64,000 bases of DNA from Candidatus Kaiserbacteria bacterium CG10_big_fil_rev_8_21_14_0_10_47_16 (GTDB lineage Bacteria; Patescibacteriota; Minisyncoccia; Phycocordibacterales; UBA918), in NCBI GenBank assembly GCA_002773395.1, contig PFBI01000006.1, positions 242,797-306,796 on the forward strand, in the 5' to 3' direction. The position numbers were made by a program, and so were the translations under genes. Below the pieces are notes generated by a model. The model did no database searches, was not told the origin of the DNA, and was given only the letters and a program-made list of their open reading frames with translations. Each line of letters starts with the position of its first letter. Positions within the stretch are counted from its first letter, which is position 1. Below, one piece after another: positions 27,863 through 36,731 of the stretch.

Positions 27863-29182
27863 TTAGTCTTGTTCTCCGAGATATTCCCCTGCGATTACAT
27901 CACATGAGAATTGCTCATTATTTCGCTTCTGTACTGCGTATGCAGTCAGAGATGCTGTGTATGAGTCACTTTGGGTGATGTTACCCATAGTCTCCCCATC
28001 ACAATCAAAGTCTGATCCCGCAGTCGCTGTAAGCGTACCTGCACACCATGCAACACCTACGTATGCAGTTGTTGTGGCTGAAAGATAGTCAGTGAGTGTA
28101 TCAAGACTTGCGATACTCCCGAGGTTACCGAGTGTAGTCTGCCCGAGAGCAGTTTCACCATTCTCGTAAATACCATTGCCATTATCATTCCAAGTGAATA
28201 CATCAATGTAATCTTGGAGTTCTCCAGCAGTGTTATCGTCACCAAGGTCAGCCTCTGGTTCAGTTACAGAGTTATCTGCATCTACACCATCATGTGCAAT
28301 GAGACATGCGTATGCATCATTGTCATATACGTGAAGTGAGATGACGTCTGTTCCCAGATCTCCTGGCTTCACATCATTGAAGTTGAAGAATGTGTCTCCT
28401 TCTCCAAGATCCTTTTCTTGCCAGAGCTTACATACTTGCTGGAATGATGAGTCTTCTGCACATTCTTCTGCATCACGATCGATATCAAGCTTGAAGAGAA
28501 GACCTGCTGGATTCTGTGTTACAGGATCTCCTGCAAGTGCTTTGTTGCGAACAACAATCTGGAGGGTGTTTTCACCATTCACCATTGCCCCCATGAAAGT
28601 CGTTTCTTCTCCACCCGTTAGCTGAACAGCAGATCCATAGTTAAACTCTGTAGCGAGTTTATCTACAATAGTGACACCGTTAAGGATAACCTTGTATCCG
28701 TTATCTGCCGCGATGGCAAGATCGAGGTCTACGTTCACTGCTGTTCCATTCCATTGGAACTTATTTTCGAACGTATATTCAACATCTCCTACACTGTCAG
28801 CCGCATTTGGAGCAGTTGCCCAAATCCAGATTGCTGGAGCCAAAGCTGCTTCATTCTGCCACGCAGGGTGTGGAGCTGCTACATCAGTTGCAGGAATTGG
28901 GAATGGTCCCTGGTATACAGCAGCCGCATTTGAACCAACGACCTGTGTTGCTGTAGAACTGAATACGTCTACGCTACATGTCTCACAATCAACATCATTG
29001 TACGTTTGTATAAGGTGATCAACTTTGAGGTCGATAGAACCTGCAGTAAAGATGTTGCCTGTTGAAGTTTCTGTATCGTTGAAGAACGCGCCTGTCGCGC
29101 CGATCACGAGTGCTGCAACAAACACCATCATGCCGAGTGCGAGAAGCACTCGTTTGTTTGCAATAAGTGTTGCAATTTTCAT
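27863..29182 (-). CDS. TasA/camelysin-family protein 1 (SipW-class signal, inserted lectin-like domain)
   Basis: Same N-strand and core motifs as its paralog; insert carries WIW..AADN..NG..NTL..NPAGLL. Confidence 0.85.
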   Translation of the reverse strand: MKIATLIANKRVLLALGMMVFVAALVIGATGAFFNDTETSTGNIFTAGSIDLKVDHLIQTYNDVDCETCSVDVFSSTATQVVGSNAAAVYQGPFPIPATDVAAPHPAWQNEAALAPAIWIWATAPNAADSVGDVEYTFENKFQWNGTAVNVDLDLAIAADNGYKVILNGVTIVDKLATEFNYGSAVQLTGGEETTFMGAMVNGENTLQIVVRNKALAGDPVTQNPAGLLFKLDIDRDAEECAEDSSFQQVCKLWQEKDLGEGDTFFNFNDVKPGDLGTDVISLHVYDNDAYACLIAHDGVDADNSVTEPEADLGDDNTAGELQDYIDVFTWNDNGNGIYENGETALGQTTLGNLGSIASLDTLTDYLSATTTAYVGVAWCAGTLTATAGSDFDCDGETMGNITQSDSYTASLTAYAVQKRNNEQFSCDVIAGEYLGEQD

Positions 29183-29319
29183 AAAATAATTTGAGTTACT
29201 TGGTAAAGTTTGATTAATAACCACTCCAAAACACACCTAGAAAAGAACTTCCTTGGATGTGTTCATCATCCCACCATTTAGGTACACGGTGGACAAGTGG
29301 AGGAACTTCAATTGGTAAC

Positions 29320-29351
29320 AAAAACGCGCACAATATATTGTGCGCGTTTTT
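29320..29351. terminator. Perfect 32-bp palindrome/terminator in the leader of the tasA-like operon
   Basis: AAAAACGCGCACAATA-TATTGTGCGCGTTTTT. Confidence 0.7.
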
Positions 29352-29553
29352 AATTACGTATGTAGTGAAGTCGCCTCCTGTGTCCATCCTGTCTTCTTCA
29401 TGGTGTTCCTAGTATAGACTCACCATAGTAAGCTGCAACCTTGCAGAGATGTAAAATTTGTTTCGTGATGTAAAAATGAATAGCCTGAAAACCGCACGAG
29501 TGCGGTTTTCAGGCTATTCTATACATCACTACTTTTGTTCTATGGTGGGTTGT

Positions 29554-30207
29554 TTATTGATCATCTGCTGACGTGTCAGATGATAGGGCGTCATGGCGTG
29601 GAGCCCCGAACACTGGTGGGAGACCGGCGTCACGGAGGAGCTGGTGGGCCCCCCTGTGATCGCCACTTTGGTTGAGTTCGTACGCTTCGAGAAGCGTATT
29701 GAACGACTCTTGGCTTATCATGTCTTTGAATGGAGCATTCTCTGTTGCTGCAACAAAGGCATCATAATCCTTGTTCGCAAGTGCATTACGGATGGCATCA
29801 CGCACTGCCTGATTCCCTTCTCCGCGAGGTCCAATGTGATTTCCAAACGGCGGAATGTCTATTCCCGCATCTGCAAGTACTTGCTTCGCGGCATCATCAT
29901 TACCTTGCTCATGAAGTGTTCGCGCTTCCGTAAGAGCATCCTTCTGCTCCTCGGTGAGATTAGCAAACTCACCCTTGTGCGGCCGCTGTGACATCATGTT
30001 TTTGGTAACGCCTGCGTCTTGAAGTACTTGTTTTGCGCCGTCGAAGTCACCTGATTCCCGGAGATCACGCGCCTCATCGAGGGCGTCTTTCTGGTCATCC
30101 GTGAGATCTTTGAAATCTGCGTAGGCATAGGAGACACCGAGGACTCCAAAGAGGAGAATCGGTATAACCAGCGCGGCAAATTTTTGATCTCGAGTCAGTG
30201 TGTTCAT
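29554..30207 (-). CDS. Secreted helical-repeat protein (Spy/CpxP-like)
   Basis: Signal peptide; LT.EQKDAL.EAR.L...G..D.AKQVL.DAG repeats. Confidence 0.65.
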   Translation of the reverse strand: MNTLTRDQKFAALVIPILLFGVLGVSYAYADFKDLTDDQKDALDEARDLRESGDFDGAKQVLQDAGVTKNMMSQRPHKGEFANLTEEQKDALTEARTLHEQGNDDAAKQVLADAGIDIPPFGNHIGPRGEGNQAVRDAIRNALANKDYDAFVAATENAPFKDMISQESFNTLLEAYELNQSGDHRGAHQLLRDAGLPPVFGAPRHDALSSDTSADDQ

Positions 30208-30226
30208 AACGATTGCATATGGTTAA

Positions 30227-31087
30227 TTATTTTTGCAAGATGCGAACTCGTACGCGCTCGCACTCATTACTACGCATAGCCGGATCTTTTATTTCACTTT
30301 CTGGTCGTACCCTCTCGAGGAATGCGCTCCGACGGCCGAGCATATCGCTAATTGAGTTTTGTTCATGTGGCAGAAATCCTGGCAAGATAATACATGCGTA
30401 GAAGACATCGTCTGATGTTGTTGCTTGGTAGCCAATCACACGAACCTCCTCAAAGCGTGCAAGCGCATCAAGATCCTTCGGACTCAGGCCAGCAGTATAG
30501 AGCGTCCACTTTGTGCCATTGGTGTCAGTGAAGAGGATCGTTTCTTCTGTAAGTGGCGCGCTCGCGCTTCCGATAAGACGACCTTCATCCGCGTCGTCCC
30601 ACAGTTCTTCTTGAAGCCTGACCACTGATGTATGGAACGGGATACGCTCCCCAACCATAACTTCTATCGTTGATCCCGCACCAATGCCGTAGAGTATTGC
30701 TCCTCCCACGAAGCTGCCACCAATACTCATAATCATCACGATGGTGAGTGAGTATCGATACCCTGTCTTCGTGTGACGAAGGTTGAAGTACCCAAAGAGT
30801 ACCGTGCCCGCAAGAATGCCGATCCAAAGATACGGCAGTACCGTCACAATGAATGTGATCATGTTACGGTGCGTTGCCTCATAGAACTCCCATCCTGCGT
30901 GCTCTGTCGCAAAGGCGGAGGCCGCGAGCGCTGCGCTTCCGATAAGGACCGCCCCGCCCCACAGAGTCCAGAACGTAACGTCGCGCGAGACGAATACCCA
31001 TCGCGCTCGCGGCGAAACAGCATCATCACTGATACGCATCATGACTCTCTGCTTTATATCTTCTGTTGTGTGTTGTGTGCTATTCAT
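30227..31087 (-). CDS. Putative anti-sigma membrane protein
   Basis: 3 TM segments; overlaps the ECF sigma stop. Confidence 0.6.
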   Translation of the reverse strand: MNSTQHTTEDIKQRVMMRISDDAVSPRARWVFVSRDVTFWTLWGGAVLIGSAALAASAFATEHAGWEFYEATHRNMITFIVTVLPYLWIGILAGTVLFGYFNLRHTKTGYRYSLTIVMIMSIGGSFVGGAILYGIGAGSTIEVMVGERIPFHTSVVRLQEELWDDADEGRLIGSASAPLTEETILFTDTNGTKWTLYTAGLSPKDLDALARFEEVRVIGYQATTSDDVFYACIILPGFLPHEQNSISDMLGRRSAFLERVRPESEIKDPAMRSNECERVRVRILQK

Positions 31088-31658
31088 ACGCTGGATGTTC
31101 TTTGAGTTCTTTGCGGAGGCGGCCTTTGGCTCTGTGGAGGAGCGTGGCCACCGAACCTATGGGTATCTTTAAAATGTCGGAGATCTCGTCATATTCCTTA
31201 TGTTCAAAAAACCGCAAGATGACAACGTCTCGGTATTTATTATCAAGATGACTCACCGCTCTCCCGACAACCGCAGCGTCGAGCGCAGCATCAAAGAGTA
31301 TTTCGCTCCCTTTCTCGGTACTCGCAACAAACGTGAGGATATCCTCACTGTCTGACACAAGGTGTCCTTCGGGACGCACTCGCTTCTTTCGAAACGAGTT
31401 TATGGCTTCATTGTGGGCAATACGATACATCCATGAAGAAAACGACAACGCCGTATCAAATTCATTGAGATTCCGGTACGCTTTTATAAAAATTTCTTGG
31501 AGAACGTCTGCAACATCTTCCTCATCACGCACGCCAAGTCGGCGTACGTATCGTGCGAGCTTTGCTTCATACCGTTCGATGAGTAGGCCAAAGAACTCAC
31601 GCTGATTACGCGCCATTTCCACCAGCTCCTCGTCTGTTTTTATCCCACCAACAGGCAT
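31080..31658 (-). CDS. ECF RNA polymerase sigma factor
   Basis: DVLQEIFIKAY, FSSWMYRIAHN, YDEISDILKIPIGSVATLLHRAK. Confidence 0.95.
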   Translation of the reverse strand: MPVGGIKTDEELVEMARNQREFFGLLIERYEAKLARYVRRLGVRDEEDVADVLQEIFIKAYRNLNEFDTALSFSSWMYRIAHNEAINSFRKKRVRPEGHLVSDSEDILTFVASTEKGSEILFDAALDAAVVGRAVSHLDNKYRDVVILRFFEHKEYDEISDILKIPIGSVATLLHRAKGRLRKELKEHPAYE

Positions 31659-31726
31659 ATAAGCTATCTATAGTTACTACGCATGATACGCTTATTTCTT
31701 TCACTCTGCATGCTACAATCTCTCGT

Positions 31727-32203
31727 ATGAAAACTATTCAGTTCCGCACGATTGTGCCGTTTATATTCTTTATTACGCTCTTTTTTCTCGTACCGACGCA
31801 TGCGCACGCAAGTGACACGGTAAACGCTACGTTGTTTTACACCATAGACTTTGCCATCAATGCCGATGACGAGGACATTCACATTCCCGTTATTGCAGAA
31901 CGCGGGAGTTCTGAGCTCAATACAATTGGCTTTGACGTACTGCAAGGAAAGTACAAGAACGTCTTGAAAAAAGGTGCCGCCAGCGGATTTGTCGTGAGCA
32001 GTCTCCCCATTGATGCAGATCTTACCTACACTGTTCCTGCCGGCAGCACGCACTTCTTCACGCTGTACATTATTTATTCACATGAGGAGATTCGAAAGAA
32101 GACACCGTATCAGGTAGAACTCCGTGGTCTTATACCGACCGTACTCGCAGAGAACTTCAGCTTCACGGGCGTACGTGCAACATTCAAGATTGCTGGGGAA
32201 TAA
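31727..32203 (+). CDS. Hypothetical secreted protein
   Basis: Signal peptide ending AHA; extended -10 just upstream. Confidence 0.7.
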   Translation: MKTIQFRTIVPFIFFITLFFLVPTHAHASDTVNATLFYTIDFAINADDEDIHIPVIAERGSSELNTIGFDVLQGKYKNVLKKGAASGFVVSSLPIDADLTYTVPAGSTHFFTLYIIYSHEEIRKKTPYQVELRGLIPTVLAENFSFTGVRATFKIAGE

Positions 32204-32205
32204 TC

Positions 32206-32308
32206 TGGGTATAACCCTGTGTATAGAGGTAGGGATATCACATAGGAAAAGTATGTGTGTATCCTCCCTATAAGGCTGTGTAGAAGCTGTGGTTAACGAT
32301 GTGGATAG
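32206..32308 (-). promoter_or_regulatory. Cluster of five co-oriented DnaA-box-like 9-mers
   Basis: One-mismatch matches to TGTGNAWAA at 32206, 32218, 32277, 32288, 32300. Confidence 0.5.
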
Positions 32309-33102
32309 AGCGCTGAAGCAATCTTGAGCCATGTTTCAAGCGGTACATCTTCCCCGCGGACGGTCTCTTTCAGATTGAGTGAATGCAGAATGTCGGCAAC
32401 CATATCTCGAGCAAACTTCTTGGACAGATTTCCAAGAAGTTGTTTTCGTTTCGCTGCAAAGCCGAGATGCAGGACTTCAAAGAAGAATGCTTCATCAAGA
32501 TTATTAAAATGGTCTTTTGAGATACCCGAGACGGCAATAATGGCTGAATCAACTTTCGGTGCAGGGCTGAAGTTGCCACGAGATACTGTTTTGACGTACC
32601 GTGGACTTCCATACGCTTTTACACCGAGTGAGAGGAGTGATTCTTTGGGATCGCGACAAATACGCTCGGCAACTTCCTTTTGTGTAAGGAAAACCAATGT
32701 TGAAGGAGCTGTTTCGCTTTCAAGAAAAAGTCTGAACAGCATTCCCGAAAGATAGTATGGGATATTGGCGACTAGTTTATACGCACCGCGGGTCAGTCCT
32801 ATTGCTTCAAGGTCGATCTCACGGATATCTCCGTGATGAAGGACGAGAGTGCCTGCGGCAATCTCGTCCGCAAACGTATCCTCTAGAAGTTCAATTGCTC
32901 GCTGATCCGCTTCAACTGCCACCACGCGAACTCCTCGCTTTAAGAACTCTTGCGTCAGTGCCCCTGTCCCTGGGCCGATCTCAAGTACCGTGTCTTCTAA
33001 GGTAAGTTCTGCGGCATCAGCCATCAATTCGGGAATGCGGGGATTGGTGAGGAAATTTTGTCCAAGACTTTTCTTTGCTTCAATCTTTCCGAGGGGTTTC
33101 AT
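32293..33102 (-). CDS. rsmA: 16S rRNA adenine dimethyltransferase RsmA/KsgA
   Basis: KKSLGQNFL, EIGPGTG, VANIPY, FSPAPKVDSA. Confidence 0.96.
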   Translation of the reverse strand: MKPLGKIEAKKSLGQNFLTNPRIPELMADAAELTLEDTVLEIGPGTGALTQEFLKRGVRVVAVEADQRAIELLEDTFADEIAAGTLVLHHGDIREIDLEAIGLTRGAYKLVANIPYYLSGMLFRLFLESETAPSTLVFLTQKEVAERICRDPKESLLSLGVKAYGSPRYVKTVSRGNFSPAPKVDSAIIAVSGISKDHFNNLDEAFFFEVLHLGFAAKRKQLLGNLSKKFARDMVADILHSLNLKETVRGEDVPLETWLKIASALYPHR

Positions 33103-33219
33103 AGAGGTTCATTGTATCAGCACTTGTGCATCTCACGTATTGTGGTCAAACCAAGTCTGTGATACAATACGTATAGATATCAAGGTAATTGTGCCTTGAT
33201 TTACACCCTGGAGGGGGTC

Positions 33220-33414
33220 ATGGTAGCACCAAGTACTACGAAGGAGCGCAACGGCTGGTGGATCTTCCTCGGCCTTCTGGCCGTTGGAATTCTGTTCTAC
33301 ACGGTAACATCAACCTATGCCGCCAATACAGCGCCCATCGAGAGGTCTGACGGCTTCTACATCGGCAATCCCCCGCCCGACAAGGCGACGGAAGCGTTCT
33401 TCGGCAAGTTTTGA
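33220..33414 (+). CDS. Small hypothetical membrane protein
   Basis: GGAGG SD, single TM, followed by a hairpin. Confidence 0.5.
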   Translation: MVAPSTTKERNGWWIFLGLLAVGILFYTVTSTYAANTAPIERSDGFYIGNPPPDKATEAFFGKF

Positions 33415-33482
33415 CATTATACGGCGACACCGGCGTGGCACCTTGGCCCGCGAGCAATCTTTTGGTTGCGAGCGGGTCTTTT

Positions 33483-35432
33483 TTAATCTAAATACACTGT
33501 CGTCTCATACCCTGTCCCATCACCTCCTGGATTTGCATGTTCGAGCAATTCTTCACGGATATCACCAATAAATTGTGACGGTGCATTGATACGCTGGCTG
33601 CCAAAAATAGTTCGTATGTGTGCAAACGAGAGAAAGACTTTCTTTTCTGCACGCGTGAGCGCTACATAAAAGAGTCGTCGCTCTTCTTCTTCATCAATTT
33701 TATCTGCTGAAAGTCGTTCGTGTGGAAAGAGACCTTCTTCAAGGCCAGTAATAAATACATACGGAAATTCAAGCCCTTTCGCCGAGTGGACCGTCATGAG
33801 ACGCACCGCATCTTGTTCTTCTTTCGCTTTTATTTCATCTTGATCGCTCTGAAGCGCCGCTTCTTCAAGCACCGCTTCGATCGCGTCTTCCGATTCGAGC
33901 TCATCATACCGCGCAGCGAGTGTGACGAGCTCACGAAGGTTTTCAATACGCTCCAATCCTTCTTCACCATCTTTCTTTAGCATCTCTTCAATACCGGTAC
34001 GCTTCAGAATAAATTTAAATGTCTCTGAGAGCGGTTGTTCCCGCGCAGCCTGTGCGATATCGTCCATAAGATTATAAAAGTTCTCTACTTTTTCGCGGGT
34101 ACTTCCTTTGAGTTCATCCCGTCGTCCCTCCATGAGCTTGAGGAGTGTCACCTTCCCGATACCGCGCACCGGTGTATTGATAACACGCGCCAAGTCGCTC
34201 GTACTGTCAGGGTTCATTGCAAGCCGAAGATACGAAAGTGCATCTTTTACTTCTCTTCGCTCGAAGAATTTTGTTCCGAGAAGCTGGTACGGAACGCTAA
34301 AATTGAGAAATGCCTCTTCGAGTACCCGTGACTGAAAGTTGGTACGATACAGCACTGCAATATGTGACGGTGACGCGCCGCTCTTGATAAGCTCTTTTGC
34401 ACGAAGCGCAATATGCTCTGCCTCATCGTTCCCGTTCATTCCGACGTAGAGTTCAATCAACTCTCCCTCGTGATTGTTTGTGAAGACCTTCTTCGGCGGG
34501 CGGTTGAAGTTCTTTTCAATAATATCGTTTGATGCTGCGATGATGGTTTGTGTTGAACGGTAGTTTTCTTCAAGGAAAATGGTGGTGGTTTCTGGGAAAT
34601 GTTTTTCAAACTGAAGAATATTTGAAATGTTTGCCCCACGCCACGAATAAATAGACTGATCGACGTCCCCTACAACACAAATATTGTGTACGTCTCCAGT
34701 GAGGAGCCGCGCAATTTCATACTGCACTTTGTTGGTATCCTGATACTCGTCAATGTGAATATATTTAAAACGTTCTCGGTACATCTCAAGTACATCTGGA
34801 TGACTCTTGAGGAGATTTACCGTCTTGAGGAGAAGGTCGTCGAAGTCGAGTGCGTGTTCTTCCCGAAGTGTCTTATCGTAGTGTTCCCATATTTCACCGG
34901 CAACTTGCTCGGGGTAGCTTCGCGCGCCGTCCATGAAATCGAGCCGTGAGAGTGCATCGCCTTTTGCCTTTGAGATAATTGAAAGCATCTTTCGTGGCTC
35001 AAACTGCTTTGGATCGTAGCTTGCCTGTTCGAGTGCTTTCTTAATAGCCTTATTACTATCGCTCCGGTCATAGATAACGAAGTGACGACGGAGCCCGAGG
35101 ACCTCGTGATTCTCTCTGAGAATGCGCACGCCGAGCGCGTGGAATGTCGTGACAGTCGGGAGTGAATCAATGCCCGCGCGGCTCGCACCGAAATGCTCCT
35201 GAATGAGATTTTGTACACGTTCACGCATTTCTTTTGCAGCCTTATTGGTGAACGTCACCGCAAGAATATTGTGTGGGGAGGTGCCCTTTTCGATAAGGTG
35301 GATAATGCGGTGTGTAATGACACGCGTCTTTCCAGACCCAGCACCTGCAAGAACAAGGACAGGGCCTTCGGTTGTTTCAACTGCTTGTTTTTGTGCGGCA
35401 TTTAAACCGTGGAGATGATTGTGATCGTTCAT
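33483..35432 (-). CDS. pcrA: UvrD/PcrA-family DNA helicase
   Basis: AGAGSGKT, TFTNKAA, DEYQDTN, YRTN.QSR, HSAKGLEF, EEERRLFYVALTRA. Confidence 0.95.
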   Translation of the reverse strand: MNDHNHLHGLNAAQKQAVETTEGPVLVLAGAGSGKTRVITHRIIHLIEKGTSPHNILAVTFTNKAAKEMRERVQNLIQEHFGASRAGIDSLPTVTTFHALGVRILRENHEVLGLRRHFVIYDRSDSNKAIKKALEQASYDPKQFEPRKMLSIISKAKGDALSRLDFMDGARSYPEQVAGEIWEHYDKTLREEHALDFDDLLLKTVNLLKSHPDVLEMYRERFKYIHIDEYQDTNKVQYEIARLLTGDVHNICVVGDVDQSIYSWRGANISNILQFEKHFPETTTIFLEENYRSTQTIIAASNDIIEKNFNRPPKKVFTNNHEGELIELYVGMNGNDEAEHIALRAKELIKSGASPSHIAVLYRTNFQSRVLEEAFLNFSVPYQLLGTKFFERREVKDALSYLRLAMNPDSTSDLARVINTPVRGIGKVTLLKLMEGRRDELKGSTREKVENFYNLMDDIAQAAREQPLSETFKFILKRTGIEEMLKKDGEEGLERIENLRELVTLAARYDELESEDAIEAVLEEAALQSDQDEIKAKEEQDAVRLMTVHSAKGLEFPYVFITGLEEGLFPHERLSADKIDEEEERRLFYVALTRAEKKVFLSFAHIRTIFGSQRINAPSQFIGDIREELLEHANPGGDGTGYETTVYLD

Positions 35433-35529
35433 GCGACTACCACTATACCCCATGCTGATAGTGAGACAAAAGAAAAGACGGGGACGCGCATGCGTGTCCC
35501 CGTCCCTCACTGTCGCCGGCCGATGATTT

Positions 35530-35826
35530 TCAGAGAGGAAAATCGATACTCAGACTGAACGTCCCGAGCTTGTCGTACAGTCCTTCAAGCGGGGACTGGA
35601 TTGGATCCCGAACGAAGCGTCGCGGTCCAAGCGTCGTCCGAACCTCGACGGTCGACCACCCCTTCAGCGGCAAGGTGCGGAAGCCGAGATCAAGGTTTTC
35701 CTCCTGGTTGAGCCGCTGCATGGATGCAGCCTGCTTTTCTTGAGGAAGCCAAGTACTCGCCTGTGCATGTGCCGTCAGAGCAAAAAGGGCAGAGACGACC
35801 GTTACCAACATGACCAATTTCATCAT
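35530..35826 (-). CDS. Hypothetical secreted protein
   Basis: GGGAG SD, signal peptide ending AHA. Confidence 0.55.
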   Translation of the reverse strand: MMKLVMLVTVVSALFALTAHAQASTWLPQEKQAASMQRLNQEENLDLGFRTLPLKGWSTVEVRTTLGPRRFVRDPIQSPLEGLYDKLGTFSLSIDFPL

Positions 35827-35947
35827 ATGTCTCCCCAGTTACAATATCAATCTTCAGCCTACACCCGATTACTCAGCTACACAACAAAAGAAAAACGCCG
35901 CAAGCTACTGCTTGCGACGTACCCCGTAGGGATTTTGTTTGTGTGAA

Positions 35948-36466
35948 TTACCGACGATTCCGTCGCTTCTGTTCCCGTGACGCAACGGTGAGTGCGGTGA
36001 CAGCCTTGTCGTACCACGCCTGCCACAGTTCGTCATCGCGTGACCAGTTCTCGAAACGCCTGATGTAGTTGGCGTAATCGAAGTAGTCCAGTCCTCGATC
36101 GAGGATGCCATCGAGGTTTTGATCCTCGAGCCAGCCACTGTCGCGCGGGATACGCACCCGCGGGTTCCGCGTCACCTTAATCCAGATGACCGGCAGAAGT
36201 GCGCCATCATTGCTGACCGCGACAACGTAGCGCATGCGTTCATAATCGAATACGGCCTCGAGCGCAGGCTGCTTGCCTGTGTTCGGAGTCTCGACCGCCA
36301 CATCACGACGATTGTCGGCTGTGCGGACCATGTCAGCGACATCTGCAACATCTTCTAGCGATGCCGCAAATGCGCTTGCGAGTACCGACGCGAAAAATAT
36401 GATGCCGGTTACAGTGATTGCGATTGCGACGATACGTGACCGTCGTGAGGGTTTGGTATCTTCCAC
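35948..36466 (-). CDS. Hypothetical secreted protein
   Basis: AAGGGAG SD, signal peptide, DQNLDGILD Ca-loop-like motif. Confidence 0.6.
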   Translation of the reverse strand: MEDTKPSRRSRIVAIAITVTGIIFFASVLASAFAASLEDVADVADMVRTADNRRDVAVETPNTGKQPALEAVFDYERMRYVVAVSNDGALLPVIWIKVTRNPRVRIPRDSGWLEDQNLDGILDRGLDYFDYANYIRRFENWSRDDELWQAWYDKAVTALTVASREQKRRNRR

Positions 36467-36731
36467 TTTCTACTCCCTTCGTCAGGCCGGTAGTACCGGC
36501 AATGTTTCTACTCCACGGCAAGAATGCCATGCCAAAAATATCCTGTCAATACTTAAAAAAAGGCCCCACTCAGGCTCCGTTTATCCAACATGAACATACT
36601 GTGGAGAAGTCGATTTGGCAAGGTTGACCCTATTACTGAGAGGTCTATCATTGACCCTGTACGAAGAGCTTACGAGCTCTTTTTATTTCAGAATGATACT
36701 GTAGCGGAAGCAAAACGGCGGTGAGTCCATA

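Noticed and set aside
35530-36466. Prophage or island at the orphan genes after pcrA
   Set aside because: No integrase, att repeats or phage-like genes; just two short secreted orphans.
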